In this document: positions 37,528-48,796 of the stretch, in pieces
Layout of the letters: each line of letters opens with the position of its first letter
How positions within the stretch are numbered: the stretch's first letter is position 1
Assembly (NCBI GenBank): GCA_038496445.1
Contig: JALMLS010000030.1
Location: 124,001-188,000, forward strand
Direction: 5' to 3'
Source of the DNA: Trichosphaerium sp. ATCC 40318
Lineage: Eukaryota > Protista > Tubulinea
DNA length: 64,000 nt
Position numbers and translations under genes: made by a program
The notes under the pieces: generated by a model
The model's database searches: none
The model's input: only the letters and a program-made list of their open reading frames with translations
Told to the model about the DNA's origin: nothing

Positions 37528-38050
37528 GAACAAATGACCTGTCTTGTTCTTTGAAGGGCACTAAATTAATTCCATGAATTGATTTGCAACTTCATAGTTA
37601 GATCTGTTAATGGCTCGGTCTCAGACCTCTCTTAAGCTTAGTTGAGTCAACAGGTGTCTGGCCAAACTGAATTGGTCCTAAAAAAAAACACGTGCAACTA
37701 ATATGACAGTTATACACGAGCAACGTATTTCAACCAACTTGACCTTTATATCCACAATGGCTGTACACGCGTTTTCTCCATTACAGACGTTTGGGTAAGA
37801 CTTGGTATGACTCACATAAATCAACTACAAACGCCGACAACGTGTATACAGAACATGGCGAGCAGCAATCACCCACATCCCACCGAAAAATTTCCTTTTC
37901 AATTTGATTTAAAATACTGTAAAACTTTCTTTTATTTCCAAGTGTTTCTTGTATAATATAACAAATGCTTGGCGCTGCGCTAGAGCCACAAGATATTTTG
38001 TCTTTCTCCCAACATCGTCTAAAGTTGATTCCTTGGTTAGTTGATAGAAG
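37528..38050 (-). pseudogene. Orphan spliced exons (3' remnant of an unidentified gene) abutting the duplication arm
   Basis: GT-AG-bounded segments reading ESTLDDVGRKTKYLVALAQRQAF / EIFRWDVGDCCSPCS / SYPNVCNGENACTAIVDIK; no start codon before the repeat boundary. Confidence 0.3.
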
Positions 38051-38075
38051 AGTAGTATTAGTGGTATAACTCTTA

Positions 38076-41029
38076 TTAGCAACAAAACAAGATATTTACA
38101 ATCTCGGTTTTTTCTTACTTATTGCGCACCGTAATCTCTGATCAGTCTGCTAGATATGAAGCAAAATGAACAGAAAAACAAAAATGACAAAACAAGTACT
38201 GTAATCCAGGTTGTAATATGTAAAACGTTTTATTTTATCTATGGGTTGCAGATTTTTTTGTTTGACAACGAGTCATGTAAAAATCAAGTCAAAGAGAAAA
38301 CAAAAAAAGCTAGAATCAAGGAGGCGTAGGTGTAGATGTAGGCATAGTACAAAGCTCTTCACATCCTCTTATGATATCAACAGCCATAGGAGGACCACCA
38401 TATCCTTCCTGTCTCTTAACTGGCGCTGTTGTTGGGTCCGTTATTGGTGCGAAATATCTGCTGCAACAAAAATCTGTATCACCTCCTCCGTTAATCTCGT
38501 GGCGACGAGTAGGTGAAGGATCCTCATCAATACGAACAAAAATAGTATCATCTCCTAAACCACCAAGGAAACGTAAATTATCGTTGTAGACAATACCCCA
38601 GTCCAAAATATCTACAACATCATCACCTGACCCAGCAATGATATTGTCACCCAATGCAAAATCATATCCCTGAACACAATCATCTCCGCTTCCCGCTAAA
38701 TAAAGTCTTTAACTCATTATTGCATTGTAGAATGAATATGGCCCTAGTAAACTTTGGAGAGAGTATTTTGCGCGGTTTTTTAACATGATAAGAAAAAATT
38801 AAGAATATATGTCTGTGCATACCTCTTGTTTGTCCAAAGACGGCCATATCAGTATATACTACACAATCATTTCCAGCATTAAGAAAAACATCACCAATGC
38901 CAGTACCTCCCTCAGTGGAACGTTTATGAGCAGGTTTGGTATTATTATTTTTAATTCTTAGTTCCTCATTTCGTTTACTGTTTTGTTGTTGATAATTTAG
39001 TCCTTCTTTAATCATCATCCTGAAATAATTATCCATAGGGGAATCGTCTTGAGCAACTATGGAAAGGTGTCTTAGTACATGAAGAAAAGAAAATAAACGT
39101 TAATTGAAGACAGTAATTTTTGTTTCTGTTCATGAAAATCGCCCAAAAAAAAAAAAAGATCACGTACTAGCACCCAAGTCACGTAATGTCATACTTCCAT
39201 CTCTTTTCTTCTTATCAGATTGTCCAAAGAGCTCAAAATCAATATTAAATAGCAAACAATCATCACCACTTCCCATACGGAATTCTTCATTCCTAAAGGT
39301 ACAATATTAGCAACTTGGTTATGATGAACAATAAAAATACTTACCCTGTAATACGCTCAAAAGAAAAAATAGCATCATTTCCAGATCCTGTATTTATATC
39401 ACCTGTTTGATGATTAAAACCAATATGACAATCATCACCACCTCCTGTATCAAAAGGTTATATTCTGTGTTCAAAAACACAAAAAACACTAAAGCAGCAA
39501 CGCAAGTAACGTACCCATTACCATATCTCCTTCGTGGTAACTACCTGGAACCATTACTACATTGTCATTCCCTCCTTTTAGATCTACTTGTGAATACAGC
39601 TCGGCACCAAATTCAAGGATGAGACAGTCATCCCCATTCGTTCCAGTAATGGTGCCATAAAATTGAACACCCGGCTCGATGAGAATACAAGGATATGATA
39701 AATCCCTTTCCATATCGACTTGCATAAATGTATCAGAAACAACAAATAAAGCACTTAGTCTTATAAAATACCAAACCGTAGCCACATGATGTTGATGTAA
39801 AAAAAAAAAAAAAAACACAAAAAACTGCACGTACTGTTTCTATCTACATGGTCGGTTCCTATTATCCAACACTCACCAGCTGTTACCCTTTGAAAGCAAT
39901 CCTCTCCTGTTTCAAAGCAGGATGTGATATCACAGTCCAAGCATCTATCACAAATCTCAGGTTCATACTGGGCAAATGCCATTACAAAAACTAGAAAGAC
40001 AATTATGTTACTTCCACATTATAACAAGAAAAAAACAGCAGAAAATTAATATAGAAGCCTTCTGATTATACGTACGCGTGCATAGCACAACTAAGATTGT
40101 ACTTCTATTCATATTTCACTTGTTGCTGTTGTTGGTTTGGTTCGTTTGTTTAATTTATTCGGGTGATCTCGGATGGTTTTTTTGCGTGATTTGACGAGGA
40201 TTTTTTGAATCTCAAACACAAAAAAGGCGCTGAAAGAACACCCTACTTCTACATAAATTAGAAACGGTTTAACACAAGGTTTACATTTTAACGTTCGGCT
40301 CAAATACATTATTAGGTTCATCTATACGCTCCGCAGTACTACATCTCGCCAATAGTATTGAAGTCTCTTTTTTTTTTGACTTTTAAGAGGTTAGTGGAGC
40401 GTTTACATCTCCGAATATTGTTTGTACAACGTAAAATCACGTGTCGACAATATATAACGAATGTTCTAAATGAAAGGTTTGACGAGAAGTCTCGAGGATT
40501 TGATTCATTGAATACTGACAAGTGTGTCACGTGATGCTTAAAGTTTGTCCGATGAATACCCGATGCGCTATTCAATGAAAACACTCTCTGTATTTCACAT
40601 GTTTGTTGTTATTAGGCTTCCAGATGAAACAAAGTCCACTGAATAGTCTGGAGAGCATTAATGTGTATACAATACAATGTCTTATTTACATATTTTTGGG
40701 GTGTTTGCTGTTTGACTTGCTGCTTTTGCTGGTCTAGTGTTGGCGTTGGTGTTTGAAATAAAAGATTACAAATCATTTAACGAAGACTAAAGCATTACCT
40801 TGCGCACACAGATATCTCTTGGTCTTAGAAGTGGTATAATTACTCACTAATCAACTTTTAACACTTGTGACAATGTGTGGAGTTGTTGATACTATTCGTT
40901 ATAAATTTGATGCAAGTACATAAGACTTGGCATCAGTAGAGCTACGACTGTAGCTTCAAAATGCTTGTTTGCTGTAACATAATATGTGATTGAATGGTAA
41001 ATTCGTTTGTATTTTCTCAGAGTAAGCCG
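38076..41029 (-). repeat. Right arm of inverted segmental duplication
   Basis: Reverse complement of 24139-27480. Confidence 0.95.
38316..40112 (-). CDS. Secreted RTX-repeat protein, copy B
   Basis: Same exon structure as 25298-27252 with reading frame intact. Confidence 0.8.
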
Positions 41030-41684
41030 ATACAAGATCAGTTTTAGGTTCATTTAGAGAAGGTGCTCGTTTATTGATATGTCGTTTCATTGTGCAATGT
41101 ACGGTTTGTTGTAAATTGAAGCCACCTACCTGGTCTTCCAGGTGTAATACCTTTTCTTATCGAATCATGCAAGCATCTGGTAGATATCCAACAAATTCGT
41201 AAGGGAAGGTATCCAATGTGTGGAAGCCAGCTAGTAGAAAACAATTAGATTTACTATACTTTGTCTGGGCTTAACCTGTTGCATCTTTGTAGTATATCCG
41301 TAACAATTCACCATTAGTAGTAACACAAATAAATGGATTGAGCTTGAAAGCAAACAAGTTAGCAAGAACAAAAAAAAGAAGGAAAGATGATATCAGTCAA
41401 GGGAATGCGTACTTAGTCCTTCGGTTTTAAAGTCGTTAAAGACATACTTAGAGCCTCCAGCAATTTCCCCGTCAGCACAGGCTGATACTACAAAATGTGA
41501 ATGAGATTGATCAAGGGTCAAAAAAGTGACAACACTGTTGACATACAAACTAAGTGGCCTTCACTAGCAAAATGATAGATTTTAGAGGTTCAATCAAAAC
41601 ACCATTCAATCGATGAAATAATGAAATTTGAGTAATGCATTTGTGAAAAAAATTCAAGTAAATCGTTTCAATCTCCAATGTTTA

Positions 41685-42135
41685 GATTGGAACAATGATC
41701 ATGTATGAGACAGTATTCTTTTGGACACTTCACAACCTTCATTGTAATGTTTTGAGATGGCTTCTTGGAGTAGGTTTTGCGTAAGTGAAATCATAATTTT
41801 GTAATAGCCATAGGATGTCGCTTTTCCCATTGAATAACACGTGATAGTTGGCTTATGGAGCAATGTTTGCTCGTATTTACAGAATTGGTCAAATATTTTT
41901 TGAAAAACGTTTGGCAGTCAAAACAGTCACCAACAGGATGATCCTTCCAATTGTTACTGGTATCGTTGTCACTGAGGTGCTGATATTGGCTATATGGACA
42001 GGTGTGAGTCCATCAAGAGCTGAATGTAAAGATGCGTCAACACCACACATTCTATCTGATGACTACTTTGAATGTTCAAACACAACAACAGATAGTGTGT
42101 TCATGTCAATACTAATTGCTTTAAATACTTGTATC
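41685..42135 (+). pseudogene. Partial copy (TM2-TM5) of the GPCR at 48797-52426, first piece
   Basis: Matches 51122-51565 (AYGAMFARIYRIGQIFFEKRLAVK..); no N-terminal domain; breaks off at LNTC. Confidence 0.85.
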
Positions 42136-42249
42136 ATATTATTCATTATTGTAACCGGAGAAAGGTGATCACTATGGCAAACTTACATAGAATAAGGTAA
42201 ACTTCTTATTTTATTTATTCAATTGAATAGTTGTTTACTTTTACAGGCT

Positions 42250-45200
42250 TTACGAGTTGTATTCTGACTCCGTGACGGTTGTATTTCTAAATAATATTTA
42301 ATGATAGTATGAAAAGTTTTAGACGCACTTTGTATAAGAAGTGCCTACAGAAGATGACCTTGACGAGTTTACACTTGCCACGAAAGTTGAAAAACGTGTC
42401 TTATGCAAGAAAATAGAGTTGACAGTAATAGCTAACAACAAGTTAATATCACGTGCAAGTAGGGTTTTTTTAAATGTTTGTACTGGATCCCAATATAATG
42501 AATAACGATAGAAGGAAGAACTGGGTAAATCTTTCTATACGTGAGAGCGCAAGAGCAAAACAAAGCAATGGGAAAAAAGTTACATTGTAAACAGAAAAGA
42601 AAATGAGTTTGGACTCATTAAACTGCTTGATTGGTATCAATCGAACTCTAAAAGCTACAATGCTTGTAACCAGTAGTAATATACCCTATTAAAGAGTTCA
42701 GCAACTTGCACAAAGAATAAAACTTACGTTACAAGCAGCAATGATGTACACAATAATGTTATATCCAGGCTTCATTTCACAGCTATAGTAATTATTATTG
42801 ACTCGAATAGCATCTAGTACAACTATTCCTCTCTTCGGCAGACCGACAACGGACTAGTAGGTATACTTTTAGCTTCACAGCGAGAGATTTTAGATACTAG
42901 TCACATACCGTAACAATCAACAAAACAGTGTGAGCACCAACAAGTACAAGAACCCAAAGAAGCACTGTTTTATCTGTAATTTTAAAAATTTCTGCTGTTT
43001 TGTTGGAGTACAAGCGCTCTACACGAAGAGTTTTTGCGAACAAAGGCCTTAAAGGTGTTATTAATATTGAACTCAATAACGTTGAACACTTCATACCCGA
43101 ATAATAATATAAAACCAAGATCAAGCATCCACGCTCTAAAGTAGCAACCTGTTGTAGTCACTACATTAGGAAGAAGAGTAAAAACACTTCCAATGAGAAT
43201 ACTGCTACCGAAGAGCATGATGCCCATGAAAAGAGGTGATGATCCCTAGAGAAAAATTTAACCAACAATTTCTTCAGCAAAAAAAGTGAAAGATCACAAA
43301 AATCCACGTGATACTTGACATACTTTTACTTTTTTGTCTTTGATATTTAGTATCAAGAATATCAGCCAAGCGATGTTAACAAGGAAAAATACTATTGCCA
43401 AAATAGTTATAAACACTTCTGTCAAATGGCCTAACAAACTATTAATTTCGTCACGTGTTAGCTTCTAGTAGATGGTACCATATTGAGGATCAAATATACG
43501 TTCTTTCCATGTTGGCATTGGATATATAAGCTCTTTGACTTCTGTCCTTATAGGCGCTAACAAATATGTTTAGTTGAATGGTTTTGGTTATGATAAGTTC
43601 TTCAGCACCTATTAGATCAAATGTTCCTTTTTCTTGGCTCTGTAATAATAACCAATCTCTTTGTTGCGCAGAATTTGAATCCCAAGAATAACATCCAGTT
43701 ATAGTATCAAGTTTAAGACGGAAAATCTCATCATAAAGTACGTCGTATATCTAAAACACATAAGTCGACAAAGGATATTTTTCACATCTCAAGAAAAAAT
43801 ACACACGTTTTTTTCATTACATCCAGAGCTGTTGTTTTCTTGTAAAAGTACAAGCTGTGATTCTGTAGTCAACTAAAAGAACCAAAAGTGTCAGCTCAAG
43901 TGTCTTTCTTCAGTAGTTTTTATCTGTACGTACTGCCACTCTTGAACCGTACTTTTGTACAGCGGTATTTATGGATTGTTGGTACATTGCAAACATTGCT
44001 AGAAGACTAGGGAATGAGGCATGAAAATGAGTTACACCACGACTGAATAGCTCTTCTTCAACATCTTTGTATGTGCCAAACATACCAGTCTTCGGAAACT
44101 TTGTGTCTGTGTGCGACTGCGAAATATTAACTATTAAAAGACGATATTTGAAAATGCGTACAAGTCCTGTTCCACACGTGTACCACCACAAGTCGGTATC
44201 AAATAAAAAAAAGAAGTCTTGAATACCATGAGTGAGACCAACATATCTCGGTGTATAATCTTCATCTCTCAAGGTCTTCATCATGAGGCCTGTAGCATCG
44301 AAAGAATTGTACAATACAACCTTTAAGGGTTTAAGGAACTGGTTTTTTTGCTTGAAGAGTGTACCATGAATCAGCATCGTCATCCTTAGCAAGAAGTGCT
44401 GTAGCACTTATATTTCTTTTTACATCATCTGGATAATTATCATGAGGTCCTGAAGCGACGGCAAATATATTTGGAGCTAGTGCCTGGTCAGACTTGAACA
44501 GGATAAAAAAAAACTTCAACTTACGATCTAATATTGCATACTCTGACTTTACAGTGAAACCCTGAAGAGCTAACTCATCACGCAACAACTCGCTATGACA
44601 TCTATAAAGTGTTTTAACGCGATAATAAGGTATAAAGCCGACGTACCTCCTTGATATTATATCATCTCCTTCCGAATAAAATAATGTAACTGTCTTAGCA
44701 CCAACTCTTCTTAAGTTAGGTAGAGATACGTGGAAGGAAGATTCAGCGTTTAGACCAGTAGATAGAGAGTAACTTGTTCCTGCAGCAAGCTGGTTGAACT
44801 CGTTACCAGTAGACACTTTTTGGAACAAAAAAAAGTTAGTACGAGTTGTTACGAGGTTTTTCTGACAACACAATAAACTGTGTTCGCCTCAAATAATAGA
44901 GTGTAAAAAAATTGATAATTTTTTTCGGTTCTACGTTTGCAGAACAAACCCAAAAAAAGAAGTTGTTATTTGAACCCATTAAAATTAGGAAGTACGTACT
45001 TAGTACACGTTCTTGCTCTGCTAGGTCTACTATTGGTTGCGACTGTCGTGAGTCCGGTGCGATAAATAAACAAGTTGAGTTATCATTAAACCAGTCGGTG
45101 TATATTTGATTTACAACAGTCTGGTTTCTTTCGCCGTCTTTAATCCTAAAAAAGGTAAGTTCCTTTAGGAAGTGGACTTCGAAAAAAAAACAATGCAACC

Positions 45201-45591
45201 ATCTTTAGAGCGGGTTTACATACTGCACAATAGCATGTATTCAAGGGTAAAGACGTACTCTTACTGCAACCCGATTTTTTCACCGTTTATGTCGACAAAA
45301 GCGTCATTCTCTACTATCCATTCTTCGATGTAGTCGAACAAGATTCTATTGGTAACAACAAAAATAAGCACTTTTTTTTTTTTCGAAATGAACGAGAAAC
45401 TTCGCTATCACGGTACCTTACATCCTCAAGGAAAAATGGAGTACCTCCTGAATTATAAACAACACCTTTTTACACTATAATTAGTTCAATAGACTTCAAG
45501 TTAGTTGTACAGTACCTATTGTTATATTGCGCTCTGCAATACAAGTTGCTATTAAGCAAACTATTGCGAGAAGTACTTCGTGCAACTTCAT
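42250..45591 (-). CDS. Class C (GABA-B/Grl-like) GPCR with Venus-flytrap-type ectodomain, apparently intact
   Basis: MKLHEVLLAIVCLIATCIA signal; NITIG, FIAPDS, LDTITG..SWDS, LIYPMPTWKER; 7TM GSSPLFMGIMLFG, CYFRAW, LFAKTLRV, QFNESKLIFFSVYN. Confidence 0.85.
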
Positions 45592-45703
45592 AATGAGAAC
45601 TGTGTTCAAAGTATGTTTTGTTTGACTTAAGCAAAGTTTAAATGCAGACGCAACCAGACAACACAGATTCGCCACCCCTATTTGTTCAAAGATTTGTCGG
45701 GTC

Positions 45704-46720
45704 CATGTGTATTGTTGTATGGCATTTATTGGGTGTTCAGAATATGGAAATTGAAAGCAGTTCTTTACAACGAATCAAAGTACGAGAGCAGCAATATTGA
45801 AAATCTTTCTGACTGATTTCAAATAGATCAATTGGATTCGCAGTTTACACTCACATTCTTTATCTGTAAGAGGGTAAGGTAGTCAAGAGTAGTGGTTGAG
45901 CTGTTGTATAGTATTTATTATGGTCTTAAGGACCGTGTACATTAAGTAGAGTACGGTGAACGTCAGTTGAACCGTCAATGTGATTCCTGTTGACTTTCCA
46001 CCTTACATATCATCATCTTCATCATCGTTCAGGTACCACTTTATTGTATTTAATGAAAATATGCTTAATACTTGTGTAGGTGTTTGGAAGCAGCTATCGT
46101 TCAGTTGCGTTTATTCTCCGTTTTTGCAGTGCTTTATTAAAGCCAAATAATCAATCAAAACAAGCATATTTTGTGAATGGGGAGAAGTTGATGCTTTCAA
46201 AATAATAATGACTGACAAAATATAAAAAATATTTTAGTCAAACAACAATGAATTTAAGTGTCTTCTCTCTATCTAATCAATTTAGCTAGCGATTTTTGTT
46301 TCATATAATCTGAAATAAAAAAAATTATAAACTAAAGTCATTTTGCAATATCAGTATTACATGACACTTTCAAAAGAACAACTTTCTCTCTATGATAGAC
46401 AAAGTGATAAAAGAACACCATTATCAAATATATCGCAAACAATGACAACAATGCAAGAGTTACAAGCGACCAATGATACACTACGAGAGACACTGAAGAA
46501 ATACTATCAACAGGAAGAAAACGCAAAACAATCAAATGCAGCAACAACAGCAATACAAGAGTTGCAAGCAACCATTGATAAACTAAACTACAAAAAGAAC
46601 TGAAGGAATGCAAACAAGAAGAAAATGAGAAACAATCAGATGAAACATATGACTCAGACTCAGAGATAGTGTTGTAGTCACAACAGCAATCATTAATTTT
46701 AGATGTTCATCGTTCAATAA
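45704..46720 (+). pseudogene. Partial copy (TM5 to C-terminus) of the GPCR at 48797-52426, second piece, disrupted by insertions
   Basis: Resumes at CATGTGTATTGTTGTATGGC (parent 51561), ends DSDSEIVL* plus 3'UTR; contains insertions, TM7 replaced, frameshift in coiled-coil tail. Confidence 0.85.
45865..46007 (-). mobile_element. 143-bp solo-LTR-like (or Ginger-like) insertion with 4-bp target-site duplication TATC
   Basis: TGTAAG...CTTACA ends; TATC at 45861-45864 and 46008-46011; parent locus (~51716) has one TATC and no insert; AATAAA on minus strand ~55 nt from its end. Confidence 0.75.
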
Positions 46721-46896
46721 ATAATAATATTACTGATGTTGTCAAAAGGAGTTCACACCGTCAGGGTATGGAACACTCTTATTGTTCTGTCAACATAGAT
46801 CAAGTCAGAAAATAATAAGAAAAAATAGTATCATAAGATTGTATATTGTGTTTCCCTAGAAACTAAAGTCGTTTTACTGATTCATGTGCAGAGTAC

Positions 46897-47089
46897 ATGA
46901 CTTAACAGCCAGCACAAATGCTTCAGAAAAGGAAGAGATACGACTTTTTTTATATCCAAAAAGCAGCTACTCCGACAGTAAACAGCAGTTTTTTATAAAC
47001 ATGAAATGTACAAGTACGCCACAAAATGAAGAAATGATTATTTTTTTGTGTTTTTATTTAGAACAACCTCAAAGCTGTCTCTATTGCAT
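46897..47089 (+). repeat. ~190-bp segment duplicated in inverted orientation at 52557-52748
   Basis: ACAGCCAGCACAA..GGAAGAGATACGA..CTCAAAGCTGTCTCTATTGCAT on opposite strands. Confidence 0.9.
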
Positions 47090-47199
47090 TTCAAATACGT
47101 TTTAACGCGTAAAATAGCACTTTGATCAAATTTAAAAGGAGTTAAATTAAATACCGGCTTATTTTCACTTGTATTCGCTCTAAATACTTCACGCAATAG

Positions 47200-48401
47200 C
47201 TATCATTATAGATAATGGATCTGGGATGATAAAAGCCGGTTTCTCAGGAGAAGATGCTCCACGAGCTGTCTTTCCATCAGTTGTAGGTCGCTATTCATCA
47301 GATACCACTGGCAGCGCGTTCATTGGCTACGAAGCACAATCTACACATGGTAAAACGGTATTGACAAGACCAATAAATCGTGGCGTTGTAACCGACATGG
47401 ATGACATGCAAAGGACGTGGAACCATACCTTCGAAAACGAACTACGTGCTAAGCCAGAGGATCACCCTGTTCTCCTCACTGAAGCCCCACTAAATCTAAA
47501 ATCTAACCGGTACAATTTTCTGCTTTTTTATTCACTTTTTTTCTGACATTCTTTCGTCAGAGAAAAAATGACTGAAATCATGTTTGAGACTTTTAAAACA
47601 CCTGCAATGTATTTATCAACACCGGAAGTACTCTCCTTATTCGCTTCTGGACGAACAACTGGTATGCAACAGTACAAGCTTCTGATTGTATCGAAAACAG
47701 TTTATTTGCTTACTTTTTGTTGAGGTATTGTACTCGATTCTGGCTTTGGTGTTACCCATGCTGTACCAATATACGAAGGATACGCTGTTACTCATGCTAT
47801 ATCACGTGTATATATTGGTGGTTATGATCTAGACGAATACTTACAGTCGATGCTCAATGAAAGCGGTTGCTCTTTCAAAACGGAACAAAAACTTGATATT
47901 GTTCGTGACATTAAAGAGAACCTCTGTTATGTTGCTCTTGACTTTGAAGAAGAGAAAATAAAGCAAATACAATCAGATTCTCTTGAGAAGACCTACAGCG
48001 TTCCTATTAAATCTCATATTGGCGCTGAACGCTTCAAGTGCCCAGAATCTCTGTTCAAACCTTCTTTGATTGGATTGGAATCACGTGGAATACATGAACT
48101 GATAAACAAGTCAATTATGATGTGTGACTATGATATACGTAGGCAGATGTATGGTAATGTTATACTATCTGGTGGAAACACAATGTTTGAAGGTATTGAT
48201 CAGCGTTTACATAAGGAGTTATCTGCTATTGCTTCGCCTTCTGATGTCAAGGTAAAGATTGTTGCTCCACCAGAGAGAAAACATTCAGCTTGGATTGGAG
48301 GATCTATCCTTGCTGACCTTCCTACTTTTGGTGATATGTGTATAAGAAAAGAAGAATATGACGAGTGTGGCGCATCTGTTGTCCATAGAAAGTGCGTATA
48401 A
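47200..48401 (+). CDS. Divergent actin / actin-related protein (5' exon not found)
   Basis: [111 protein letters not shown]; begins at an acceptor AG. Confidence 0.85.
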
Positions 48402-48796
48402 CTCTGTACTCTCAAAAAGGTCACGTGGTGTAAACAAACCCTCACTGCGATGAATACAACAAAAATATTGAATATAATTGTGATCGCTAGAAACGGCATT
48501 TATACTCACAATGCTGAATATACTCTTGGACTAACTACAACCAAACCTACAATATAAGGGTAACTGACTTTTACATTATTCGTTTCATATTGTCTCATTC
48601 AATAATTAGAGGTTCTAACAATTTGTTTGTTTGTTACTTTGGACTCATTGCTATTAATAATAAAACTTGTTCGAAAAAACTTGTTCGAAAAATTGTTCTT
48701 AGAGAAGAGTACTGTGAAAAATACCTTGCAGAAATTACACTCCTAGCTACTTAACGTTTCTATTCAAGTCATATCCACAAATAAAACGGTGTCAAC

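Noticed and set aside
24139-41029. Giant DNA transposon or Polinton with long terminal inverted repeats
   Set aside because: No transposase, integrase or polymerase inside; the arms contain a host-type spliced gene; no TSD seen
46125-46350. Second insertion in the GPCR pseudogene as a transposon
   Set aside because: It replaces rather than interrupts parent sequence; no clear TIR or TSD
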